From: Alphaproteobacteria bacterium
GTDB taxonomy: Bacteria > Pseudomonadota > Alphaproteobacteria > G963923945
Direction of reading: 5' to 3'
DNA length: 64,000 bases
Assembly (NCBI GenBank): GCA_965199175.1
Contig: OZ240684.1
Location: 1,579,288 to 1,643,287, forward strand
This document shows positions 50,873-60,756 of this stretch, one piece after another. Made by a program: the position numbers and the translations under genes. The notes beneath the pieces were generated by a model. The model searched no databases. It saw nothing but the letters and a program-made list of their open reading frames with translations, and was not told the origin of the DNA. Position 1 is the first letter of the stretch; each line of letters begins with the position of its first letter.

Positions 50873-51228
50873 AATCAGCTCAGGTTGCGTGGCAGAGAAC
50901 AGAGTCTATGCACCGCCGGATTGATCACGGTCTGCCCTTGTGCAAACAGGGAAAAACACTCAAAAAAAAATCTAAAATCCAAAAAACACGTATAAAAAAA
51001 ACACGTAATAAAAGCACGTATCACATATCATCACGTATCAGGAATCAGGTCATTGACATGACCCACAGCATATATCATCTGCTCTTGCACAGCGTGAGCA
51101 CTCACTTTTACAAATTAAAAAGGTTCAATACGTTACTTACGTTAAGAACATGACCCCCGAAACAATGAAGAGCATCATACGGCCAGGCACAGTACAAAGA
51201 TGCGATTCAAAGATGAAGGTGAAAATCA

Positions 51229-52077
51229 GTGGCTGGTAAAACCGAAAAAAACACCCAATCAACCAGCAAGCACTCCGAAGGGCGGACCTCTGCCTTGTCA
51301 GGTCCTGAGAGTTGGCGAGCCACCGGAGCAACCTGGAAACGCTCCATCCTCATCGCCGGATCTTTCTTAACCTGCCTTCCCTGGCCACTGCCTGAGGGAC
51401 GTATAACCAAGTCTGCCCATCGGGAATCGGTACGTGCCTTCCCGTTGATTGGTCTGGTGATTGCTGTTCTGGGATGCCTGGTCTTGTGGCCATTATCCCT
51501 GCTTGGTCTGTCTCCCCTGGCCGCCAGCCTGGCTGCATTGGCTTTCATGGCTGTTCTGACTGGCGGCCTGCATGAAGATGGCCTTGCTGATAGTGCTGAT
51601 GGTTTGTTTGGCGGCGATACCCCGGCTCAACGTCTGGCGTTGATGCGCCAGGGCACCATTGGTGCTTACGGAACCTTAGCACTGATTTTCTCGGTTGCCC
51701 TGCGGGCGGCTCTGCTGGCAAGCCTTGATATATCCGATATGATTGCGGCTGTTCTGGCCGCTGTATCAGCCTCGCGGGCCGCGCCCGTCATCCTGGCCCG
51801 GCGTATGAAGCCAATCCGAACCGATGGCCTGGCCGCCAATCTGGGGATTCCCCCTGCTGATTCTTGTCACGTTGCCCTGATTTTAGCGGCGATTTTTCTC
51901 TTTCTTTTTTTGGGACCATCGGCCACTATTCTGGCCATCCTCATAACCGGCGGGATGCTGTATAGCCTGGAATATCTCGCCAAAACCCGTCTTGGCGGAA
52001 TCACCGGTGATATCATGGGCGCAGGACAACAGCTAACCGAAATCTCTGTTCTTCTGGCCGCCGCCATGATTTTATAA
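51229..52077 (+). CDS. cobS: Adenosylcobinamide-GDP ribazoletransferase (cobalamin synthase)
   Basis: FLTCLPWP...HEDGLADSADG motifs. The start may be the GTG at 51229 or the in-frame TTG at 51295. Confidence 0.8.
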   Translation: MAGKTEKNTQSTSKHSEGRTSALSGPESWRATGATWKRSILIAGSFLTCLPWPLPEGRITKSAHRESVRAFPLIGLVIAVLGCLVLWPLSLLGLSPLAASLAALAFMAVLTGGLHEDGLADSADGLFGGDTPAQRLALMRQGTIGAYGTLALIFSVALRAALLASLDISDMIAAVLAAVSASRAAPVILARRMKPIRTDGLAANLGIPPADSCHVALILAAIFLFLFLGPSATILAILITGGMLYSLEYLAKTRLGGITGDIMGAGQQLTEISVLLAAAMIL

Positions 52078-52235
52078 TCTTTTTTTTCAGTACAGATTAA
52101 AGTGCAGATATAAATTAAAGTGCAGATGTAAAAAGTGCAGATCTATCAGTATCCTCTTTTTCTGCGCCGTCTTTTTTTTAGTCTTTAATGTTCAGCTTTG
52201 ATTAAAGTTTCTTAAAGACTGAGTGCCGCTTTTTC

Positions 52236-53564
52236 ATGTCTGAATCTCCCGATCACCGGACAGTCCGTTTCTGGCTTATCCGTCATGCACCCGTTATAAA
52301 CATACAGAGCCGGTTTCCTGATGCGCAGGGGGATGCTGATCTTTCCGACAAAGCCACCCTTGGGACCCTTGCTGATGCTCTTGGGGGTGATGCCCTTTGG
52401 GTCACCAGCCCCTGGCCAAGGGCTCGCCAAACGGCCGAAGCCTTATTAAGCATATGCGGCAGATCTTCGGCCGGGATTATTCCGGAGCATCGCTTCACCG
52501 AGCAAAATTTCGGTCTGTGGGCCGGGTTGAGCCACCATCAGGCGGCCCGGAAAAATCCGGGCCTCTATCGGGAATTCTGGAAAGACCCGGCTCAAACCAC
52601 CCCGCCTGAGGGCGAATCCTTTGCCACCCAGATCAAGCGGGTCAAAGATGGCCTGCGTAGCCTGATGATGAACCGGTTATCGGTATCGCAATCCTTTGTC
52701 AAAACAGGCCGGAAAAACCAAAAAACGCCCCACCGAAAGAATCATCCCCCCCGGGACACAATCATCACTCCCCAGACCCCGGCAACCAATATCGTTATCA
52801 TCACCCATGCCGGAACCATTCGGGCGGCTTTGGCAACCGCTTTGGAGTGCTCAGCACAATCAGCCCTTCATTTCCACCTCGATTGCTTATCTTTAACATG
52901 TCTGGATTGCTGGATTGATGATCCGGCCACCTTGTCAACGAACGGGTCACCAGCCGGTTGGAAAGTGGATCAGGTCAATCACCGTTATCCATCCGGTCTT
53001 TCCTCCCCATCCACAATCGCGCGATCAGGAGTGACGTTGGTTTTTGGCGGCATCCGCTCAGGGAAAAGTGCCCATGCCGAGTCGCTCATTTTGCAGATCA
53101 CCGGAAAAGATCAAACACCGATTTATATCGCCACTGCTGATCCGGCATTGTCAGCAACCGACCAACAGATGCAAAAGCGTATTGAACATCATCGTCAACG
53201 GCGTGGAAATCGCTGGCGATTGATTGAGGAACCAGATCATCTTCCCGAATGTCTCAAGGCTCTGGCGGCAGATCAGGAATCATCCCCCCCCATTCTCATT
53301 GACAGCATTACCTTGTGGCTGGCCAACCGGATCACCAAAAATACGATGATTGAGTCCGAAATTGACCAGCTGTGTCAGGCGTTGACCCAAACCCGGAGTC
53401 CGGTCATTCTGGTTTCTGATGAAGTCGGTCTGGGTGGTGTTGCCGCTCATCGGGCGGCCCGGGACTTTGCTGACCAGGTCGGGCACCTGAATGCCCGTTT
53501 AGCAGATTTGTGTGACCGGGTTATTCTGGTAACAGCCGGTCTGGCGACAACGCTCAAGACCTGA
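52236..53564 (+). CDS. Fusion: alpha-ribazole phosphatase (CobC, histidine phosphatase fold) + adenosylcobinamide kinase/adenosylcobinamide-phosphate guanylyltransferase (CobU)
   Basis: N-terminal RFWLIRHAPV and ITHAGTIRAAL (RHG/His-phosphatase halves) split by a low-complexity insert. C-terminal 180 aa has the VFGGIRSGKSAHAE P-loop and CobU/CobP homology. Confidence 0.7.
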   Translation: MSESPDHRTVRFWLIRHAPVINIQSRFPDAQGDADLSDKATLGTLADALGGDALWVTSPWPRARQTAEALLSICGRSSAGIIPEHRFTEQNFGLWAGLSHHQAARKNPGLYREFWKDPAQTTPPEGESFATQIKRVKDGLRSLMMNRLSVSQSFVKTGRKNQKTPHRKNHPPRDTIITPQTPATNIVIITHAGTIRAALATALECSAQSALHFHLDCLSLTCLDCWIDDPATLSTNGSPAGWKVDQVNHRYPSGLSSPSTIARSGVTLVFGGIRSGKSAHAESLILQITGKDQTPIYIATADPALSATDQQMQKRIEHHRQRRGNRWRLIEEPDHLPECLKALAADQESSPPILIDSITLWLANRITKNTMIESEIDQLCQALTQTRSPVILVSDEVGLGGVAAHRAARDFADQVGHLNARLADLCDRVILVTAGLATTLKT

Positions 53565-53628
53565 CCAATTTCCTGCCGGGCTGATATATCTGCTGGATTG
53601 GTGTTTCCCGAATTGATATCTCACTGTC

Positions 53629-53690
53629 TTAATTTCACTGTCTTAATTTCATTGTGCTTAATCTCACTGGCTTAACCTCACCGTCTTAAC
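53629..53690. repeat. Tandem direct repeat tcactgtcttaatt, about 5 degenerate copies
   Basis: Upstream of cobW. Confidence 0.7.
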
Positions 53691-53720
53691 TGCATCCCTC
53701 TTTAGAAAGATTCTTCCCTT

Positions 53721-54800
53721 ATGACTGTGACATCCTCTCTTACTCCTGCATCGAAACGCATTCCCTCCACCATTATCACCGGTTTTCTGGGGGCAGGGAA
53801 AACCAGCCTTATTCGTCATGTGGTGGAGCAAGCCGGACGCCGCATTGCTCTTATTGTCAATGAATTTGGCGAAATGGGTGTCGATGGCTCTGTATTGCGT
53901 GGCTGTGGTTTTGCCGACTGCCATGAGGATGATATTGTTGAATTAGCCAATGGCTGTATTTGCTGTACAGTGGCTGAGGACTTCCTGCCGACCATTGAAA
54001 AATTGCTGGAGCGGCCCGTCCCACCAGAACATATCATTATTGAAACCTCTGGCCTGGCTCTGCCCATGCCGCTGGTCCGTGCCTTTTCATGGCCCGAAGT
54101 GCGGGACCGGGTCATCATCAATGGTGTGATTGCGGTAATTGATGCTCCGGCGGTGGCTCAGGGAAATTTTGCCCGTGATCATGCCGCCCTTTCCCGACAA
54201 CGGGACGCTGACCCGGCCCTTGATCATCGCTCCAGCCTGGCTGAGTTATTCGATGATCAAATCTCTTGTGCTGATCTGGTGATCCTCAACAAAACGGATC
54301 TACTGGAACCCGGGGATATTGATACATCTGAGAAAATCGTATCCGGACATCTGCGACCCGGAACCGGAATCATCAAAGCCCGGAATGCCCATATTGATCC
54401 CCGCCTGATCCTTGGTCTTGAGGCGACCACGGCCAATGATCCGGGTTCTGCTGGTGACTCTACTGATGAGTCTATAGATGATCATCATGACCATCATGAT
54501 CATGATGCCTTTACCAGCCTGCATATCCCGCTGCCGGTTATTGATGATCCTGCCGCTTTAGCCACCCGTATCTCTGCGGCGGCCCGTTCTCAAAATCTTT
54601 TTCGTATTAAGGGGTTTGCCCATGTCAAAGGCAAGGCAATGCGGCTGATTGTGCAAGGAGTGGGAGACCGGGTTGATCATTATTTTGGTCATCCCTGGGG
54701 TAAAGATGAAGATAAAACCGGTTCCCTGGTCGCCATCGGACCGGCCGGTATCGATTCCCAGACAGTGCACCGCATCCTGACCGGCCCGGAACCATCATAA
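53721..54800 (+). CDS. cobW: Cobalamin biosynthesis GTPase CobW (G3E family)
   Basis: ITGFLGAGKTSL P-loop, CICC metal motif, His-rich DDHHDHHDHD stretch. Confidence 0.8.
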   Translation: MTVTSSLTPASKRIPSTIITGFLGAGKTSLIRHVVEQAGRRIALIVNEFGEMGVDGSVLRGCGFADCHEDDIVELANGCICCTVAEDFLPTIEKLLERPVPPEHIIIETSGLALPMPLVRAFSWPEVRDRVIINGVIAVIDAPAVAQGNFARDHAALSRQRDADPALDHRSSLAELFDDQISCADLVILNKTDLLEPGDIDTSEKIVSGHLRPGTGIIKARNAHIDPRLILGLEATTANDPGSAGDSTDESIDDHHDHHDHDAFTSLHIPLPVIDDPAALATRISAAARSQNLFRIKGFAHVKGKAMRLIVQGVGDRVDHYFGHPWGKDEDKTGSLVAIGPAGIDSQTVHRILTGPEPS

Positions 54801-55014
54801 GTATCCCGGATTTTTCTTTGTAATCCTTGACTGGTGAGGGCCGATACAAACATCCGGCTGACGATTATTCCCCACCATTCAGGCTCATATCAAAGAAAAA
54901 CAGCCCGATTTCGTTCACCAGCCTCCCTTAATTCAGGGAAAATCATCATCACGGACTGGCTATTCATGCGCCTGTACATCCATCCCCTTAGCCCCCCTAT
55001 ACAGATTTTAAACC

Positions 55015-58000
55015 ATGCATCTTCTGGCGACCCAACCAGGACAGATTGAGAGCGGAAAAGCGGTTGATCTCGGCCAGACACCGGCTGAGATTGTTATCCT
55101 GAGTGCTGCGGATAGTGACTTAAGCTGTCTTGCCGCTGCCCAGGCGCGACGTCTGGCCGAAGATCCGTCTGCCCCCAGCTTACGTTTGGCGCATCTGCTG
55201 CATCTCAGCCACAATTATACGGTTGATCTCTATGTTGAAACCGTCATTGATCAGGCCAGGCTGATTTTGGTGCGCTTACTCGGTGGGCTGGCATATTGGC
55301 CTTACGGGGTTGAAAAACTGGTCGAATCAACCAAACAAAGCGGGGCATTTCTGGCGTTGGTTCCCGGTGATGATCAACCGGATACCGCCCTGATCGGGAG
55401 ATCTAACCTGCCACCGGATGCTCTGCACCGGCTCTGGCAATACGGCGTTCAGGGCGGGGTTGATAATGCCGTTGAATGTCTGCGTTATGCCGCCACCCTG
55501 ATCACCACGCCAGCCATTGAAACGCCATCTGAGACTCCATTGGCTGCCTCGCAATGCTCAAAACACCCGACAATCCCATCTCCTCCAACCACTGCACAGC
55601 AACAAGATCCCCATCAAAAAAGTCATATCCAGCAAGACCGTCCCGGCCAGAATTGGCGGGAGCCACGCCCCCTGCCACGGGCTGGATTTTATACTGCTGA
55701 TTCCCGGATGATCCAAACCACAGGCCATGATCTTGATATCATCACCAGGAGATGGGACCCACAGCGACCAAAAGCAGCCCTCCTCTTCTATCGGGCTTTG
55801 GCTCAATCGGCTGATACCGCCGTCATTGATGCTCTGATCACCGCCCTGGATCAGGCCGGTCTTGATACCCTGCCTATTTACGTCACCAGCTTGAAAGACC
55901 CGGTTGCCGCCGCCCTGGTTTCGGAAACCTTAGCCACCCATCCGCCTGATATCATCCTCAACGCTGTTGCTTTTGCGGTTGGCCAACCAGGTGGAAGTCA
56001 CGAAACTCCTTATTCCGGGACCGATTGCCCGATCCTGCAAGTGGTTTTCGCCGGACGGGATCAGGAAACCTGGCACCAGGACCCTCAGGGGCTTCCGGCC
56101 CGCGATATAACCATGCATGTCGCTTTGCCCGAAATTGACGGACGTCTGCTCAGCCGCGCGGTTGCTTTCAAGCAACATCATCGGCGCGATACCGCCACGC
56201 AATGCGATATCACATGTTATCAACCCCTGAAAGATCGTGTGGATTTTGTTGCTGAACTGGCCGCCGCCTGGGCCAATCTGCGCCGCACCCCCTGTCCCCA
56301 ACGTCGCATTGCCCTGATCCTTGCCAATTATCCGAATCGCGATGGACGACTGGGCAACGGTGTCGGCCTGGACGCCCCGGAAGCAACAGTCGATATCCTG
56401 AGGGCGCTCGACAATGCCGGATACCGCATCACGGATATCCCGGAAAACGGCGATACCCTGATTGCCCGCCTGAAGGCCGGTCCAACCAATGATTACCGGC
56501 GTCTGACCGAACGCAAAATCCGGCATATCCTGCCATTGACCACGTATCAGGATTATTTTGCAACCATGCCACAACCGGTCCGGGATGCCGTCACCATGCG
56601 TTGGGGAAAACCAGATACAGACCCATTCTACCAGGCTGATCGCCAGGGTTTTGCGATTGCAGCAATACAGATGGGACAGGCGATTATTGGTCTGCAACCA
56701 GCCCGGGGCTACAATATCGACCCGGAAGGCAGTTACCACGACCCGGCTTTGGTCCCGCCCCATTCTTATCTGGCTTTTTATTGCTGGCTGCGGCGGGTCA
56801 TGAAATGCCATGCCGTGGTTCATGTCGGGAAACATGGCAATCTGGAATGGTTACCGGGTAAAGCTCTGGCTTTGAGTCAATCCTGCTTTCCTGAGGTTGC
56901 CCTTGGTCCGATGCCGCATCTTTATCCCTTTATTGTCAATGATCCTGGTGAAGGCATCCAGGCCAAACGCCGGACAGCAGCAACGGTGGTCGATCATTTA
57001 ACCCCGGCATTAACCCGGGCCGGCAGCTACGGACCTCAGGCCGAGATCGAAGCATTGGCCGATGAATATTTCGAAGCCAGCACAACCGATCCACGGCGTC
57101 TTGCGCCCTTACGTGACCAAATCCGTGATCTTCTGACCTCAACCGGCCTGGATATTGACTGTGGAATCGACCGGGAGGAATCCACCAGGTCGGCTTTGGC
57201 GAAGCTTGATTCGTATCTGTGCGAACTCAAAGAGATGCAGATTCGTGATGGTCTGCATATTTTTGGACGCTCCCCCAGGGGACCTTTGCTGGAAACGCTT
57301 CTGCGCGCCCTGGTCCGGTTGCCGCGCGGCAACGGGGAGGGAGTGAATCAATCTCTCACACGGGCATTGGCCAAAGATCTGGGTTTGTCTTTTGATCCTC
57401 TTGATTGCGATTTAGGAGCAGCCTGGAACGGGAAACGGCCCCATATTCTTACCGATATGTCGGCTATCGAAGACGTTGAAGATGAGAAACCCGGTCCCTG
57501 GCGTCTCACCGGTGATACCGTTGAGCGGCTGGAAATTCTGGCTCTGGCCCTGATCACCGGGAAAACCCATCCCCGCAAAACCTGGCGGGAAACCCGGAAA
57601 GTTCTTGATTGGATCAATCGTGACCTCCGCCCCCTGGTTCAGAGCTGTGGACCCGAAGAAATGCGTGGTCTGCTGACCGGGCTGGATGGTCGCTTTGTGC
57701 CTCCGGGACCTTCAGGAGCCCCGACCCGGGGCCGGCTTGATGTTTTGCCAACCGGGCGTAATTTTTATTCGGTCGATACCCGGTCGGTTCCGACCCCGGC
57801 GGCCTGGGAACTCGGATGGAAATCGGCCAGCCGCCTGGTGGAACACCATGCCCAACAGCATGGCGACTGGCCACAGCGTCTGGCGATTACCGCCTGGGGG
57901 ACCAGCAATATGCGCACCGGCGGCGATGATATTGCTCAGGCCCTTGCCCTGATCGGAGCCAAACCATGCTGGGATGATTCCTCACGCCGGGTTTCCGGGT

Positions 58001-58977
58001 TTGAGATTCTGCCCGCCGATATCCTGGGCCGACCCCGGGTTGATGTCATGCTGCGCATTTCCGGCTTCTTCCGTGATGCCTTTCCCCATTTGATTGATCT
58101 GTTTGATGCCGCCAGCAATGCGGTGGCTGCTCTGGATGAATCTGCGGATATCAATCCATTGGCCGCCACATTCAAAAAAGACGCCGCCTTTCTGGAAACC
58201 AAAGGCCGCAGCCCGGACCAGGCCCGCCACCAGGCCGCAGCCCGGGTCTTCGGATCCCGTCCGGGTGCCTATGGGGCTGGTCTGCAAGCACTGATTGATG
58301 AGCGGGGCTGGCAGGATGCAGGGGATCTTGCCCGGGCCTACCTCGCCTGGGGAGGCTATGCTTACGGCGGGGACCGGAACGGGACGGCGGCTCATGACCT
58401 TTTTGCCCAACGTCTAAGCGCCATCGAAGTGGTTGTGCAAAACCAGGATAATCGTGAGCATGACCTGCTTGACAGCGATGATTATTACCAATTTGAAGGC
58501 GGTATCTCAGCAGCCGTTGAGCATCTCTCCGGACAGGAACCCACTCAGTATCACCTGGATCATACCCGACCATTTTCACCGCGTATCTATAGCTTATCTG
58601 AGGAAATATCCCGGGTTTTACGCGGACGGGCAATCAATCCCAAATGGATCAGCGGCGTGATGCGCCACGGCTATAAAGGAGCCTTTGAAATGGCCGCAAC
58701 GATTGATTATCTGTTTGCCTTTGCGGCCACCACCTCTTGTGTTCAAAATCATCATTTCGATGCGATTTATCAGGCTTATTTTCTCGATGATACGGTCCGG
58801 GAATTTCTGCAAAACACCAACCCGGACGCCCTGGCTGAAATGAGTGAACGGCTGAAAGAAGCCATTGACCGGGCCTTATGGCAACCCCGGAGCAACAGTG
58901 CCCATGCGGTGCTGGATGAACTCAAAAAAGTCCGCCCAACCCCCGGGAGCAAAAAATCCATCCGTGCCAATCCCTGA
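55015..58977 (+). CDS. cobN: Cobaltochelatase subunit CobN
   Basis: 1320 aa with CobN/Mg-chelatase H homology throughout. Confidence 0.9.
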   Translation: MHLLATQPGQIESGKAVDLGQTPAEIVILSAADSDLSCLAAAQARRLAEDPSAPSLRLAHLLHLSHNYTVDLYVETVIDQARLILVRLLGGLAYWPYGVEKLVESTKQSGAFLALVPGDDQPDTALIGRSNLPPDALHRLWQYGVQGGVDNAVECLRYAATLITTPAIETPSETPLAASQCSKHPTIPSPPTTAQQQDPHQKSHIQQDRPGQNWREPRPLPRAGFYTADSRMIQTTGHDLDIITRRWDPQRPKAALLFYRALAQSADTAVIDALITALDQAGLDTLPIYVTSLKDPVAAALVSETLATHPPDIILNAVAFAVGQPGGSHETPYSGTDCPILQVVFAGRDQETWHQDPQGLPARDITMHVALPEIDGRLLSRAVAFKQHHRRDTATQCDITCYQPLKDRVDFVAELAAAWANLRRTPCPQRRIALILANYPNRDGRLGNGVGLDAPEATVDILRALDNAGYRITDIPENGDTLIARLKAGPTNDYRRLTERKIRHILPLTTYQDYFATMPQPVRDAVTMRWGKPDTDPFYQADRQGFAIAAIQMGQAIIGLQPARGYNIDPEGSYHDPALVPPHSYLAFYCWLRRVMKCHAVVHVGKHGNLEWLPGKALALSQSCFPEVALGPMPHLYPFIVNDPGEGIQAKRRTAATVVDHLTPALTRAGSYGPQAEIEALADEYFEASTTDPRRLAPLRDQIRDLLTSTGLDIDCGIDREESTRSALAKLDSYLCELKEMQIRDGLHIFGRSPRGPLLETLLRALVRLPRGNGEGVNQSLTRALAKDLGLSFDPLDCDLGAAWNGKRPHILTDMSAIEDVEDEKPGPWRLTGDTVERLEILALALITGKTHPRKTWRETRKVLDWINRDLRPLVQSCGPEEMRGLLTGLDGRFVPPGPSGAPTRGRLDVLPTGRNFYSVDTRSVPTPAAWELGWKSASRLVEHHAQQHGDWPQRLAITAWGTSNMRTGGDDIAQALALIGAKPCWDDSSRRVSGFEILPADILGRPRVDVMLRISGFFRDAFPHLIDLFDAASNAVAALDESADINPLAATFKKDAAFLETKGRSPDQARHQAAARVFGSRPGAYGAGLQALIDERGWQDAGDLARAYLAWGGYAYGGDRNGTAAHDLFAQRLSAIEVVVQNQDNREHDLLDSDDYYQFEGGISAAVEHLSGQEPTQYHLDHTRPFSPRIYSLSEEISRVLRGRAINPKWISGVMRHGYKGAFEMAATIDYLFAFAATTSCVQNHHFDAIYQAYFLDDTVREFLQNTNPDALAEMSERLKEAIDRALWQPRSNSAHAVLDELKKVRPTPGSKKSIRANP

Positions 58978-59130
58978 GCCTGGTTTTTACGTTCTGAGAT
59001 AATCCGGTCATAATGGGTGGTGTTCTTATCAAAGATTTTATTATAAAAACTCTCTGTTGAACATATTTCTCTTTTACAGATATTCAGAACTCGGTTTTAA
59101 AAATTCTTACAAATTCTTCTTATAAATTCT

Positions 59131-59766
59131 ATGTCAAAAAATCCTCCAGACTCAGACAAACCAACGGAAAGTGATTCCGAACGCCACCAACGTAAAATGC
59201 GCCATCGCAAGGCTGCGTTTGATAAAAGAGTGGCGGAGCGCAATCAGGAAAAAGGTCTGCTGATTGTCCATACCGGACCTGGAAAAGGAAAATCCTCAGC
59301 AGCTTTCGGCATGGCGCTGCGCTGTCTTGGCCACCAGATGAAGGTCGGGGTGGTTCAATTCATCAAAGGAGCCTGGGAAACCGGAGAAGCCAAATTATTT
59401 GCTCAGTTTCCTGATCTGATTGATTTTCGCCAGATGGGCGAAGGCTTCACCTGGGAAACCCAAAACCGTGAGAAGGATATTGCCACCGCCGAAACCGCCT
59501 GGTCACAGGCCCGTAAGATGATTGATGATCCGGCCTACCAAATGATTATTCTGGATGAAATCAATATTGCTCTGCGTTACGACTATCTTGATCTGGAAAA
59601 GGTTCTGACTGTCCTGAATAATCGCCGGGCCGACCTTCATATTGTCTGCACCGGACGCAATGCCAAACCGGAAATGATCGATGCTGCCGATTTAGCAACT
59701 GAAATGACATTGCTCAAACACCCTTTCCGGGCCGGCATCAAAGCCCAGGCCGGGGTTGAATATTGA
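59131..59766 (+). CDS. cobO: Cob(I)yrinic acid a,c-diamide adenosyltransferase
   Basis: LLIVHTGPGKGKSSAAFG P-loop; CobO/BtuR family. Confidence 0.9.
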   Translation: MSKNPPDSDKPTESDSERHQRKMRHRKAAFDKRVAERNQEKGLLIVHTGPGKGKSSAAFGMALRCLGHQMKVGVVQFIKGAWETGEAKLFAQFPDLIDFRQMGEGFTWETQNREKDIATAETAWSQARKMIDDPAYQMIILDEINIALRYDYLDLEKVLTVLNNRRADLHIVCTGRNAKPEMIDAADLATEMTLLKHPFRAGIKAQAGVEY

Positions 59767-59950
59767 GAGGGTTGCATCATGAAACAGCACATCGCATAAA
59801 CAATGATCACTGCCTTGATTGGTCTCTTTAAGAAGTCCTTCATACATGCCGGCAGAGCCAGCCAATATATCCGTCAACCTCTGTATCCATACCACTGTAT
59901 CCATAGCGCGGCCAAAAATCATACGGTCACCCGATAAAGGAGATCAGCGC

Positions 59951-60748
59951 ATGCTGACCGGAACCAGACTCAAAAGTGATTCATCCATCACCACACTGCT
60001 CATCATCATCGCCATCCTGATGATCAGCCCTGGTATTTTGCTGGCCGGGGACGCATCCCAGGCTGGCGGAGTGTCGTTTTCCGATGAATTATCAACCGTC
60101 AGAGAACCTCCTCCTCAAATTGAAAAAAGTAAAAAAACCATCGACGAAGAATCCCGTGAACTTCTGACCAGGGCGACAATCGCTACCCGTAACCGGCTGA
60201 GCGACCCTCATTTTCAAAAGCTGCATGAGCTTTTGAAAACAGCCAAAGGTGTTCTGATTTTCCCCGGCCTTCTCAAAGGCGGATTTTTTCTTGGCGGCGA
60301 AGGAGGCAACGGTGTTCTGCTGGTACGTGATGAACAGGGTCAATGGAGTGGACCAGCCTTTTTTACCCTTGGCTCGGTCAGTTTCGGCTTACAATTCGGG
60401 TTTGAAGAAGCCGAAACACTGTTCGCTATTATGACCGATCGCGGCATTGATTCGATTGTCCGGCAAAACGTCAAGCTGGGCGTTGATGCCAGCGTTGCGG
60501 TCGGCCCGGTCGGGATCGGAGCCGAAGCCGCCACCACAATCAAGCTGGCTGATCTGTATTCCTTTTCCCATGCTCAGGGGGCTTTTGTCGGCGTTTCCTT
60601 TGAAGGAGCCTATATCCACTCCCGCAAGGATATGAATCATTCCATTTACGGAGAAGACGCCAGTGCTCAGCAAATCGTCATTGAGCGGCGTTTTGATTCC
60701 CCGCTTGCCGACCCTTTACGTGCTGCCTTAAGCAGTCAAACACCCTGA
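59951..60748 (+). CDS. SYLF (Ysc84-like) lipid-binding domain protein, secreted
   Basis: Signal peptide ITTLLIIIAILMISPGILLAG; SYLF core GGEGGNGVLLVRD...GPVGIGAEAATT. The track ORF starts earlier at 59819. Confidence 0.6.
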   Translation: MLTGTRLKSDSSITTLLIIIAILMISPGILLAGDASQAGGVSFSDELSTVREPPPQIEKSKKTIDEESRELLTRATIATRNRLSDPHFQKLHELLKTAKGVLIFPGLLKGGFFLGGEGGNGVLLVRDEQGQWSGPAFFTLGSVSFGLQFGFEEAETLFAIMTDRGIDSIVRQNVKLGVDASVAVGPVGIGAEAATTIKLADLYSFSHAQGAFVGVSFEGAYIHSRKDMNHSIYGEDASAQQIVIERRFDSPLADPLRAALSSQTP

Positions 60749-60756
60749 TCGCTTCT

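Noticed and set aside
55930-56835. 301-aa ORF on the minus strand
   Set aside because: Antisense to cobN, which has full-length family homology; no independent signal.
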